From NCBI GenBank assembly GCA_001687465.1, contig LVLI01000135.1, positions 62,001 through 126,000 on the forward strand: a stretch of 64,000 nt of DNA, written 5' to 3'. Made by a program: the position numbers and the translations under genes. A model generated the notes under the pieces. The model had not been told where the DNA came from. It ran no database searches and saw only the letters and a program-made list of their open reading frames with translations. Shown here one piece after another: positions 10,386 through 22,018 of the stretch. This stretch comes from Halocafeteria seosinensis. Taxonomy: Eukaryota. How positions within the stretch are numbered: the stretch's first letter is position 1; the number at the start of each line of letters is the position of its first letter.

Positions 10386-10440
10386 GTGTAGCGGCTAACA
10401 TCCAGCTGCCGGTGGGCCATCAGTCACACCTTCGTCGTCG
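10386..10440 (+). mobile_element. Divergent third copy of the retroposon-like 3' end, with a (TCG)n tail, at the right junction of the 7.7-kb block
   Basis: gccggtgggccatcagtcaca versus gccggtgggctatctgtcaca in the other copies; followed by tcgtcgtcg. Confidence 0.55.
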
Positions 10441-12966
10441 TCTGCGAAAGCTCCTTGAGTCTGGTAAAACAAGTTTTGCCGAATATAGATCCGGGCGTAT
10501 ATATTCATCGGAATCAACGGGAAATACACCGAGGAGTTTTCGTGCCTTGACCTCCAAGTACATCTACCACAGCATACCGTTTTATCTTTTCCCGATTTTT
10601 TTCTTTTTGCACCGAAACTTCCACTGTTCTCCTTTACTACTAGCAGGTTTGTTACAGTCTCCATTGTTTCTAAGCACATAGAAGCTGTTCCGTCCGCTAG
10701 GTAGAGTATCATGAAGGTTGCAATGCCCATTAGCGCCCCACTTCCGATACGCAGCATCCAATACTCGACTCTATCCAGATCTTTAACATGTTCTAATCCC
10801 ACAGACCTTCCCATGACAATTCTGGAAAGAATCGTACAAGCGACATGCAGAATGACAGCCACTATATCCCAACGAGCAGCGATAGTCTTCCGATATCCAA
10901 CCAAGTTTTGCTGAGCATCATTTAGGATAATATTTTCAATCTCTTCAGTTGTTCGGTAGTCCCCGTCGGCTCCAAGGAGAAACGACTTCAGCGTCGAATC
11001 TAATCCTTGTCTAAATATGTTTCCTTTAGCATCCAGCTCCTGTCGATGGATCATTTGTATTGCTTTGGACTTGATTCCTAGATCACCTACAAACTTGGGT
11101 GCAACTAGAACACTGCACTGACGGATGCGTGACCACTGTTTTGGTTGTAGCGTTGTCGCAGCCCACCCGGCATACAGGAAACAAATCCCAGTAGAAAGGG
11201 TAATGTATTGATGGGCAGCAGCTCTGAAGAGTTGACGGACATCAGGCTCCGTTGTTCCGTCTAGCGAAAAATATATGGCGAGTCCAAGAAGAGCTGCACA
11301 ACCACAATGTGCAACAAGCATTAGGAGTATTTTCCCCCGAGTGTTCACCGTCCTATCCGCAGCATCGCCAAACCCAATAGGATTAGCTACGGTAACTAAT
11401 CTGGTAACCGCACGCCATGGGTTTCGAACAAAGAGTCCTTTTCCGGCTCCCCAGAACGACCGTATGTGACGCAGCCGGATACACTTCCACAAACAGTTCC
11501 CAAATTTATGTAAATGTAAATGAAATCAGCCAAATTTTCGGTTAGGGGTGTGTAGCTTGTCGGTGTATGCGCGATTTGAAGCGTTAGATGGAGCAAACGT
11601 TGAGGTTGTAGAGTCCGTATGCTGCGTACCGGTAGAAGTTCCGGAACAACCACAAAGAACAAAGACAATGGTGGCTCGAATCGATCTTGCTTAGGCTCTC
11701 AGCTCATGAAGAAACATAGTCATGTTCCACAGAGCCTCGAAAAATAAGACAAAGCTAAACTGCAAGTCCTCAAACAATTCATAGTCCCAAATCGACATCT
11801 TTACCGTGGTGTAATCTTCGTCGATTGTTTGTTTTCCGCTTCCAAACCCTTCCCTTGCCCGTACCACTTCATTTTGATGTTTCCTCTTACTCGGGACGTG
11901 ATTTAGGGGATGTTTGGCTTTGTAGAAGTTGTCGTCCATCGAATGAGACCAACTGGATCTTTTCCACATATGCTCGGGAACCTCGCACTCGTCGTATGTT
12001 TCCGGATGGTTACTCTCCGTTCTACTGCGGCATTTCATGATGTAAGATATACTTATATCGACAATGGAGGTAAAAAGCTCCTTGGGACACTGCCCGATCT
12101 CCAGAACCTGTTCGGTTTGCAGGTATCTACAGGGATAAGGTGAGCAAACACAGTTCCGGAAAAGCGAAACTTTCTGCGGATCCGTTGAATATCCGCGAGA
12201 AAATCTTCTGAACGCTCCCCATCTCTAGTTTTCCTTATTAAAAACACAATGCCCAATAAGTTTCCGATGTTAGAATCGAGAATCTCCTTCATCCAATATT
12301 CTGCCCTTTTAATCCAATATTCCAATTGCTCAAGGCAAGGGGCCTGTGGGGTTGCTCCAATGATTGCATCAAGAGTAACGAACACAATATCAGCACTTTG
12401 TATGGAGGCTAACGGATCGAAAGTAGATTCACCGTCATCAAATTCTCGCCATGTTACGTTGTAGACTGTGTCTGGCCAGTGACTGGCAGAGCTGTCTCCA
12501 TTATCGGCGTGGTGTCAATGACCCGCGTCTTCATTAGATACGGACAACGTCAGACTATTGACCCACTTAGATTTGAAGAGAAATTCGTTGATGTTTCCAA
12601 GAGATGTTATCCACAGCTGTGTTGGCGGTTCATCCGACCTCTCGATCCCAGGAAAAATATCTTGTGGAGGCGGAATCCTGGCATCGCTGTCTGATATAGA
12701 GAATGCTACAAGCCTAGGATCTGGATGAGAAGGATACTCCTCCAGATCGTCGACATGAACATCTCTTTGCTCGATATGCGCATGATGATGTTGGTCCTGG
12801 TTAAGAAGCCAGGCCTTGTTCTCCATAGGTGTGAACCACGGAAGCACACACACACAAATGTGACAGATAGCCCACCGGCCGGGAAGTTGACCACATCCTC
12901 TTAACGAGGAGCGGTAAGCGCCCGTGTTAAGCCAGAATCATTCACGGCAGAATATGAGCGTAGCAT
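10441..12966 (-). pseudogene. Tandem family copy 2, disrupted and 3'-interrupted
   Basis: Collinear with copy 1. Carries an 85-bp insertion, in-frame stops (12515, 11691) and frameshifts; homology stops at 10441 after FYQTQGAFA. Confidence 0.9.
12847..12931 (-). mobile_element. Short retroposon-like insertion with (TG)n tail
   Basis: Empty site gagca|ccaga at 1751-1760 in copy 1; no target-site duplication visible; same family as 9676-9750. Confidence 0.8.
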
Positions 12967-13226
12967 TGTTCTTCTTCCACCACTACACTTATAGTACAAA
13001 AGCAATTCAATGTTCGCCACTACAAAAAGTTATCCACAGCTGTGTTGGTGGTTCATCCGACTTCTCGATACCAGGAAAATATCTTTTGGAGGCTCATTGG
13101 TTCTTGGTTTAGCCACAAAGTCGCTATGTTTAGTAGAACAAGAGTACCGAGAGTACGATGACGAGCACACTGGAAGATGTATATAATTCTCTAGGCTTAA
13201 AGTGCGGCAAACGTCGCTCTTGCTGC

Positions 13227-16200
13227 TCAGCCTTGATGGTTGAAATAAGGAGTGACATAGGCAATGACGGTAGACATGAGAGTAACAAGACCAATAACGA
13301 TGGACATGACTTGTTCCGGAGAAAGTACTATCCCGGGCCATATCGCAAGCGCTAAGACACTCTCCCGAACAGTTTCACGCACCAGTGCAAGGGCTTTGGA
13401 AGTCTGCCGTAACAACTCAACGGTACCAGTATTTGCTCTGTTGGCATCCTTTTCAATTTGTTTGCGACGTAACTGGTCCTCCAGTTGTTCTACCACTGTT
13501 TGTTGGTTGGCCAGAAGTTGCACTTGCCGAATTTGCAGCCGACGCAAACCTGAAGCTCTGTACATTACGAACAAAAGAAGAATCAACGCGAATAACGCAT
13601 CGATCAGTACTGTGCTACGCAAGGCTATGCTCTTCCCTTGCACGAGAACTAAAATCAAATGACCAACAGCCAAAGCAACCATGAGCATCGGTATTAAAAA
13701 AACACAACTAGACTCTGCAAAAGCTCCCTGAGTCTGGTAAAACAGATTTTGCCGAATGTGGATCCAACCATATACGTTTAACGGAATCAACGGCAGGATA
13801 TACACCGAGGAGTTTTCCTGCCTTGACCTCCAAGTACATCTACCGCAGCAAAACGTTTTCACCTTCTGCGGTTTCCGTTTGCTACCAAAGCTTCCACAAT
13901 TCTCATTTACTGTTAGCAGGTTTGTTACGGTTTCCATTGTCTCTAAGCACATAGAAGCTGTTCCGTCAGCCAGGTAGAGTATCATGAAGGTCGCAATGCC
14001 CATTAACGCCCCACTCCCGATACGCAGCATCCAATAGCCGACTCTATCGCGTTCCGTAACATTTTCTAATCCCACAGGCCTCCCCATGACAATTCTGGAA
14101 AGAATCGTACAAGCGACATGCAGAATGACAGCAGCTATACCCCAAAGAGAAGCGATAGTCTTTCGATATCCAACCAAGTTTTGCTGAGCATCGTTTAGGA
14201 TAATATTTTCGATCTCCTCAGTTGTTCGGTAGTCCTCCTCAGTGAAGAGGAGTACTGACCTCAGCATCGAATCTAATCCTTGTCTCATTATGTTCCCCCC
14301 AACCTCCAGCTCCTGTCGATGGATCATTTGCATTGCTTTGGACTTGATTCCTAGATCATCCACAGACTTAGGTGCAACTAGAAAACTGCACTGGCGGATC
14401 CTTGACCATTGTTTTGGGAGTATCGTTGTTGCAGCCCACCCGGCATACAAAAAACAAATCCCAGTAAATAGAGTAATGTACTGATGAGCAGCAGCTCTAA
14501 AGGTTTGCCGAACAACTGTCTCCGTAGTTCCGTTCAGCGAAAAATATATGGCGAGTCCCAGCAGGAGTACACAAGCACAATGTGTGAAAAACGCTAGAAG
14601 TATGTTTACACGCGTGCAGATTCTCCTGTCCGCCTCATTGCTATACCCAATGGGGTTGGCTATGGTAACTTTTCTGGTAACCGCACGCCACGGGTTACGA
14701 ACAAAGAGTCCCTTTCCGGCTCCCCAGAATGATCGTATGTGACGCAATCGGGCGCATTTGGATATACATCTTGCGCATTTACGATAATTCAAAGCAATTG
14801 AGCCAACTTTTTTGCTTGGCGGCGTGTGTCGCTTGTCAACATATGGGTGACTAGAAGCGTTGGAGGGAGCATGTGCTGCCATCTCCACTCCTATAGTCGA
14901 ACTCGTGCGCTCCCGAATGAGCCACCTGGCACCGATAGTTCTTGTAGATGGTCTGGTTGGAAGGAAAAATATGGCCGTGGCTCGTAGGGATTTAATTATG
15001 GCTCTTATCTCATGAAGGAACACAGTCATGTTCAATAGTGCCTCAAAAAACAAAAGAAAGCTAAACTGCAGATCCTCAAACAATTCGTAGTCCCATATGG
15101 ACGTTTTCACTGTGGTGTACTGCTCGTCGATGGTCTGTTTTCGGTTTGCGAAGCCACTTCTTGCTTGGATCACCTCATTTTGAGGCCTCTCATTGACTGA
15201 CGTAGGATTTAGCGAGCTCTGGATTTTGTAGAAGTTGTCGTCCATCCGACAATACCTACTCCATCTTTTCCGAACGTACTCTGGAACCTCATCCACCTCG
15301 AATTTTCCTGGAGAGATTCCCTCCGTTCTCTTGTGGCATTTCATGATGTAGGATATGCTTAGATCGACAATCGAGGTAAAGAGTTCTTCGGGGCAATTTG
15401 TAAACCTTATTCCGCTTGCGGCAGATGCTTCAATCTCTATTCCGTTTATACAGTGTTCAAGTCCTGGTCCACTTGCATACTGTTCAAACTCTTGTCCGTT
15501 TTCCTTTTGCTGGATAGCTACAGGCACAAGATGAGCAAACACAGTTCCGGAAAAGCCAAACTTTCTGCGGACCCGTTGAATATCCCAGAGGAAATCTTCT
15601 GACAGTTGCCCCTCTCTAGTTTTCCTTATCAGAAACACAATTCCCAATAGGTTTCCCGTGTTAGAATCGAGAATTTCCTTCATCCAGTATTCTGCCTGTT
15701 TGATCCAATGTTCCAACTGCTTAATACAAGGGGCCTGCGGGGTTGCTCCGATGACTGCATCAATAGTAACGAATACAATGTCGGCACTTTGTATGTAGGC
15801 TAACGGGTTTAAAGTAGATTCGCTGTCGTCAAGCTCTCGCCATATTAAGCTGTAAACCGAGTCAAGGCCATCTGGTGGCAAGTTGTCACCAGGTTTGCAT
15901 GAATTTCTTGCCACTCTGCCGTCTACGGACAATGTCAGATTGTTGATCCATTTAGACCTGAAGAGAAATTCATTGTTATTCCCAAGAGATGTTATCCAGA
16001 GCTGTGTTGGTGGCTCCTTGGTCTCCTCAATCCCAGGCAGCCCAGGGGGAATATCTTGAGGAACATCGTCGTCGTCGTCTTGAGAAAATGGGATTTCCTC
16101 ATCGCAGTTGGATATTGAGAACGCCACAAATCTAGGATCCGGGGGAAATGGGGAGTCCAGATCGTTTTCGTAAAAGTATCCTTCATGGTTGTACGGACTG

Positions 16201-16325
16201 CGACGTTGGTGAGCAAGAAGTGTGGCCTTGTTTTCTCCATTCGTGTGAGCAAACAGGATTGGATGATCAGTCATTCTCGGATTTTCCACTACAACTCCAG
16301 TGGTGCTACAACATCTACAACCCAA
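13227..16325 (-). CDS. Tandem family copy 3, intact intronless ~1,015-1,032-aa multi-pass membrane protein
   Basis: Long ORF (track start is TTG; first ATG at about 16274), several hydrophobic segments and a C-terminal coiled-coil-like stretch. Confidence 0.88.
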   Translation of the reverse strand: MGCRCCSTTGVVVENPRMTDHPILFAHTNGENKATLLAHQRRSPYNHEGYFYENDLDSPFPPDPRFVAFSISNCDEEIPFSQDDDDDVPQDIPPGLPGIEETKEPPTQLWITSLGNNNEFLFRSKWINNLTLSVDGRVARNSCKPGDNLPPDGLDSVYSLIWRELDDSESTLNPLAYIQSADIVFVTIDAVIGATPQAPCIKQLEHWIKQAEYWMKEILDSNTGNLLGIVFLIRKTREGQLSEDFLWDIQRVRRKFGFSGTVFAHLVPVAIQQKENGQEFEQYASGPGLEHCINGIEIEASAASGIRFTNCPEELFTSIVDLSISYIMKCHKRTEGISPGKFEVDEVPEYVRKRWSRYCRMDDNFYKIQSSLNPTSVNERPQNEVIQARSGFANRKQTIDEQYTTVKTSIWDYELFEDLQFSFLLFFEALLNMTVFLHEIRAIIKSLRATAIFFLPTRPSTRTIGARWLIRERTSSTIGVEMAAHAPSNASSHPYVDKRHTPPSKKVGSIALNYRKCARCISKCARLRHIRSFWGAGKGLFVRNPWRAVTRKVTIANPIGYSNEADRRICTRVNILLAFFTHCACVLLLGLAIYFSLNGTTETVVRQTFRAAAHQYITLFTGICFLYAGWAATTILPKQWSRIRQCSFLVAPKSVDDLGIKSKAMQMIHRQELEVGGNIMRQGLDSMLRSVLLFTEEDYRTTEEIENIILNDAQQNLVGYRKTIASLWGIAAVILHVACTILSRIVMGRPVGLENVTERDRVGYWMLRIGSGALMGIATFMILYLADGTASMCLETMETVTNLLTVNENCGSFGSKRKPQKVKTFCCGRCTWRSRQENSSVYILPLIPLNVYGWIHIRQNLFYQTQGAFAESSCVFLIPMLMVALAVGHLILVLVQGKSIALRSTVLIDALFALILLLFVMYRASGLRRLQIRQVQLLANQQTVVEQLEDQLRRKQIEKDANRANTGTVELLRQTSKALALVRETVRESVLALAIWPGIVLSPEQVMSIVIGLVTLMSTVIAYVTPYFNHQG

Positions 16326-16807
16326 AGTTGCCGTTACAGAGGACGGTCTCTCTTATTCACTCTACGAACCGAACCTTGTATCAATCGATAAAGTGCTGTG
16401 GAGCTCTGTGAGAGCATCCTCACAGTGCTATCCTCACAGTGCTCTGGATGGTCACCTCACCCGGTCGGGAAACTAGCTCTAGGGGTGGCTCCAAAGGGAA
16501 ACCCAAAGGGGGGAAAACATGGTAGAATACTTCACCCCCAGGACGGTCGGGATAATATTCCGCCATATCCAGAACGGCCTCACAAGTCGACGAACGACGC
16601 ATACATACGAGCGCACAGTGGGTGAGGTCTTACGGCAACGAAAATGGTGCATGGAGCTCTGTTGTGGTGGCCGCCAGAGCCTGCTCGGGCCTGGTGGCCA
16701 GACGTACCACAGTACGACACCTCAGACCAAAATAATATAATAATGACGTGTTTCCACAGTATTGTCACAACATCTTCCTCAAAGACGCTCTCACAATATT
16801 AGCTGCA

Positions 16808-18537
16808 ATGAATGCGCTACAATTATCTCTGTTCACCCTTGGAGGGACAGTCCTTCTCGTGGGACTTGTCCGAAGGACAGAGGCTCTGGCAGAATTGGAC
16901 AGCTTCCCTCATCATGGTCGTGGAGGTCTAATCTTCCAGAATTACAAGAACAGGTTTTATGCGCAATACGGAGATCAGGTGCAGGAAGTAGCGGATACGG
17001 CGAAGACATTTGACCAGAATCTGGACCATAATGATACTAGCAAAGGCACTTTCCAGCAGAGATACTTTGAGGATAAGACGTACTTTGATCCTGCTCAGAA
17101 AACCATCTTCCTCTACATTTGTGGCGAAGGTACGAGGCGAAATACGGGGTGCTTTTTCTCTCTCGCTTCTCTAACAGATGGGGCATGTCCATGACCTCTT
17201 GTATGTAATCCAGGACCATGCCGTGGAACTCCAAAGGGATACGCGCGGACCGTAGCTAAAGCTCACAGGGCACTCTTGTTGGCTTTGGAGCACCGATACT
17301 ATGGCGATAGTGTACCGAACGACAGTCTAGAGAACGACAATTTAGTGTACTTGACTGTGGCGCAAGTGATGGTATGTCATGCTATCCTGCTGTGAATTCC
17401 CAATGGTGGTTCAACGTAGCTGCTGCGCAGGAAGATATTGCCAACTTTTTGACGTGGTACCAATCCGAGGAGTTAGAAGGGGGTGAATGGAGAGTACTCG
17501 TGGTCGGCGGGAGCTACGCGGGTGCTGTAAGTTCTTGGTTTCGTACAGTTCATCCGGAAATTGCTGATGCTGCCTGGAGTTCCTCTGGCGTCGTCAATGC
17601 GATATTAAAGTTCCCCGAGTTCGATAAGGCAGTAGTAGCTGCTATAGGGGAAGACTGCTCTAATGCGGTTCGCCAGCAAATCGATGCATTTGTCAGTGCT
17701 ATCAATGGTGGCGATGGAGCGAAGGCGAAAAGCAAATTCGGTTTGGATAGCGGTATGGCGGATGCAGATGTAGGTGCAGAGCTAATTTCAAGCAAATTCA
17801 TGCTAATACACTTTGCTAGACGAGATGGACTTTGCAGTTTTATTACATGCTAGCTGACGCAACTGCAATGGCGGACCAATATGACCACAAGGATGCTATG
17901 TGCTCGGCACTCCAGCCCATTCCCGACGGGAATGATGCGAAGATGGATAACTATAGTAAGCTTAATCGTTGCTCTTGTATATATGAGGCATCATATGAGA
18001 AGCCTCTGCGTTACAGGGGACTTTGTTGTCAACTTCTGGGGGAAAGACTTTGCTCACAATTGCTTTTATGATACGCGCTGCCTGATAAACAATAGCACCC
18101 GCTGGCAACCTACCTCGCGCGCTTGGCGATGGCAGAAGTGTACGGAGCTCGCCTATTTCCAAGTCGCACCCCAACAGAATTCGTTACGCCCACAAGCTGT
18201 AGACTTTGAGTACCACATCGATCAGTGCAAGAGCATTTTCAATTTCGACAGCTATGGTGGTCCGGCGACTCAAGCAATCAATGACCGATTCGGCGGGGCA
18301 GAGCCTAACACGAAGAATGCATCAAACATATTTTACTCAAATGGCTCCGATGACCCGTGGAAGATGGCTTCCGTCCGGGACAATTTGAGCAGCACGCTCA
18401 TTGAGTATACTGCCGTATGTGATGGATGCGGGCACTCCAGAGACTTATCGGCTCCTTCTGCCAGCGACCCGCATGCCATCGTCCAGCAAAGAGTATTCTT
18501 GGCTGACACTTTCCAGCGTTGGCTGCCCGACAAATAG
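16808..18537 (+). CDS. Secreted S28-family serine peptidase, multi-exon
   Basis: Signal peptide, FQQRYF, LEHRYYG, GGSYAG nucleophile, NGSDDPW and H-DL motifs; several GT-AG introns. Confidence 0.93.
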
Positions 18538-18548
18538 TGATTGTTTGC

Positions 18549-21500
18549 TTACTGAGAATACTCGAGTGGTTCAAGATCTGTGGCAGAGGTCGATGTGCCC
18601 CGTCGACTCAGAATTCCACCTCGAGGGAGGTCTTCCCCAGTAACTTCGTTGTCATCATCGTCTGCAATTAGTCCTTCCGAAACGCAAACCCGTAACCTCC
18701 GCAATAGTTCACTTGCTACATCATCAATATTGTTGATATACTTGCAATGTTCCATATCTGTCCTGGCTGTCTCTAATATCCTTCCAACTACATCGAGGGC
18801 TTCAGTCAGTTGGGAAACATCTAACATACCACATCCACTGTCAGGACTCTCGGAAGCAACACTCGCTAAGTAATTGTGGAGCAGCCGCATAGATTGGACG
18901 CACAGAGAGTACCTTTCTTCTTGAAAGGATGACATTATAAGATCCACAACCATATCCAGTGCTTGTGTAGGAGATTGTATAGACACCTGCAGGAGATCCG
19001 AACGTCCAGGAGCTCCACACTCCTTCAGGACCCCCTGCTCTGATACGACAATATCATACAATACTTCTTTCCCCTTAGAGTGCTGTGCAATATTGGTAAG
19101 AACACCACAAGAGGTGAGAGCAATAGAGTCGTCGGGATGAAGGAGTAGAAGCAATAACCCTGGCATGGCCCCAGACTCGGCAATTCTATCACTCAACTCC
19201 TTGATTCGAGAAAGATTCGCCAACGCTCGAACTGTTTCCATCAACGCTTCATGATGCCGATGTAGCAGTAGCAGGGGATATGTTTGTTCCACTGTAGGGC
19301 CCATATTAGAGGCAAAGTTCGAAAGCTTTTCGGTGTCATCTCCCACATTTTCCACGATATTGTAAGAAACGTTGGTTAATGTGGCGACTGTGTTCAACAC
19401 CAGCTCTTCGTTCTCCCCGACACTTGCGACTGACAGTACTTCTTGCAACATACTCAAGCGACCGGTTTCATAGAACTTGAGAGCCATATCAGCATCGATA
19501 GCCAGGTTAGCCAACAGCCTCATGCCCTTGCGTAGTACGTCCTCGTTGTCTTTTGCATTGTCATCATCCCCAGGAGATACGAATCTCTCCTTATAATGCG
19601 TTAAAGCTCGGAATACAAGTTCCGCTCCGTTCGATGCATCATGAGGGGAATTATATGACAGAATGCTCTGACGGTCAGCATTTCGGTCAGTCATGACATT
19701 TCCCAACACGAACAGGATGCGGGTCACGATTGCTGCTTCGGATTGATGAATATTGAGAATTTCGAGCAGAATGTATATGCTCGTCCTACTCGAGTTAAAT
19801 GCGCGTCGACATCTCTCGTGCAAACTGAGTTTGCTCAAACAACGACACACGGTCAAAACGAGCTCACTATGATTGGGCACAGCAGTGAGAGCCGACGCTA
19901 AACTGCTTACCGATCCAGATTTCCAGAACTGATTAAGGTTCTTCTTTGAAAGGCATAGGTTTCGAAGTGCTCCACAGGTTTGCAGTATCATCTTGTTTAA
20001 GGATTTGCGACTTAAACTCGTCTGTTCATCGTCTGCATTAAGCACAACGGGATTCAATTCTTCGTATAAAGAGAGCATAATGCTCTCTCCGGCAACCTGG
20101 TGTGATTGGAAAATAGCCTGAGCCATCGCTCGAGTGAGGATTTCTACAGCTCCTTGTCCCACCAGCCAGTGAGCGTTGTCCGCATTATTTGAAGAGTTCT
20201 TTATCACGCCAATCGCATATACCAGGGAGTCCACCGTCAATGTGCATTTCGCAAACAAAAATTTCGACGTGTAACTGCCGTCATCTGAGACGACGGACAC
20301 CGTGCCATTCCTCAGCTGTTCTAAAATGGCCAGTAAGGCATTGCAGTCTCGCAAGACGTTGTCCAGCTCTTCATTCTTCGACAACGTAAATAGATGCTTG
20401 CAAGCTAGCGCACTGACTTTTTCATTGTTCTCCCCATCTTCAACGGAACACGATCGGCTCCCTGCTATCGACAGGGCGACAGCGCTGAGGTAGGTTTGTA
20501 CCGTTCTCGAATGGCCGAACATCTGCTCTGTCAGGACGTCAATAGCGTAGCGGCGTTTCAAGACAACCATATCTAACCCCGCTTGCAGCAGAGCTCTTGA
20601 GTCTTCGGACAGTCTCTGCTGTTCTTTATGAGCAGTCTCCGTGGCAGAGAGGAAGCGAGGAATAACCGAAAACAAGTTTTGACAAATTTCACAAATGCGT
20701 TCTTCACCACCTTCTTCTTCAAGAGCCTTTTCCAATATCTCGGTGATTTCAGAAAACTCTTTGCAAGCACTGTTGAGCATGTCACTGAAGAAAGAAATAT
20801 CCGACGGTTCTTGAGCGATCTTATGCATCGTTTGAGCTTTTAGAGCTTCCGCTAGTTGTTCAGTTTCCCTATCAGACGCTCTTTGAGCATACGCTGCACT
20901 GTCACGCTCTTCTTCATCACCACTGTCTCCGCACATTGTATTGCGAAGTGGTCCATTTCGCTTTGTTTCCTTGTACTTGGCTGCAAGCTTTCGCGGAGAG
21001 TCTTCTGAATATCCTTCGACTTGCCCAATGTAAGCATTTTTATAGACACGAAAAGTATCTGAGCTTTCTGCAGAACCTTCTGATGCCGAAGATCGCGTTG
21101 AATTCCGCCGACTACGTTCATTGGACCTATATCCACTATTTTCTTTGTGTCGTCGTTTCCGACTGCTACTGCTGCTTGTGTGCTTCCTTTTCCCTTCTTG
21201 ATAGAGGGATGAGGCTCTTCCAGCGATAGATGAAGCACCTGCGTGCATGCTGTCATTCGCAGAAGAGCCATCAATACCGTTGTCATGGTGAAACATGATC
21301 ATGTTAAAGTTATTTGCAGCCTCGGTGCCATCATTGCTTTGCCGACTTGGAGTTTCTGGTCGGCTTGGATACTCCAACGAAGCCGCCGCCTCAGCCCGGG
21401 CCTGCGAGTCAACAAACCACAGTAAATGAGAAATAAAATTTCTCACCAAAAGACCAAATCAGGCATCATGCGTCAGCTGATGGGGAGCATTGAATATTCC

Positions 21501-21712
21501 ACGTGGTTCAAAATCCCTGGTTCTAACGCTCGTGAACGCCAAATTTATACACTTACATTGGCCAGTATGTTGGCCACTCCCATCGATGACGAGGATGTAG
21601 AAGAGGAGCTACCCTTGTAATTGGACCGAGAATACCCTTGGAAATGCTCCGAATATTGGTAATTACCCTGACTACCACCGGCTCCTCGGGCATTCACAGT
21701 GCTCCTATCCAT
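18549..21712 (-). CDS. ARMC2: Armadillo-repeat protein, ARMC2-like
   Basis: ARM repeats (ALRNL, CRCLSKLS, RLLANLAI, EELVLNTVATLTNVS). The spliced N-terminus ILANARAEAAASL--PSRPETP resembles the ARMC2 N-terminal motif. Exon 1 from ATG 21712. Confidence 0.72.
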
Positions 21713-22018
21713 GTTTCCTCCATTCTACGACTGCCAAACCAAGCATACACTTTACGGACATTAAATTCCTATGATATAGCCTACGACGAGGGTCTATAAC
21801 TAACAATAGGGTGGAGATTCTGTAAGGTGGGTAAAGCTGCATAATATTTGAACCAATTCGAACCAGACAATCTTTTCCTGGACTTACGGCCTTTGTATTC
21901 TATGTACCGGTACACGTGTGGGTAGTGGTCAATCAAGCTCTAGGGACGAATAGACCGCGTGGTGACCTATCTGCATGATTAACATGGCAGTTGTCTAGAT
22001 TGAGCGGAATAGGGAAAC

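Noticed and set aside
2717..10440. Helitron or TIR transposon as the carrier of the island
   Set aside because: No TC...CTRR ends, terminal inverted repeats, RepHel or transposase ORF found.
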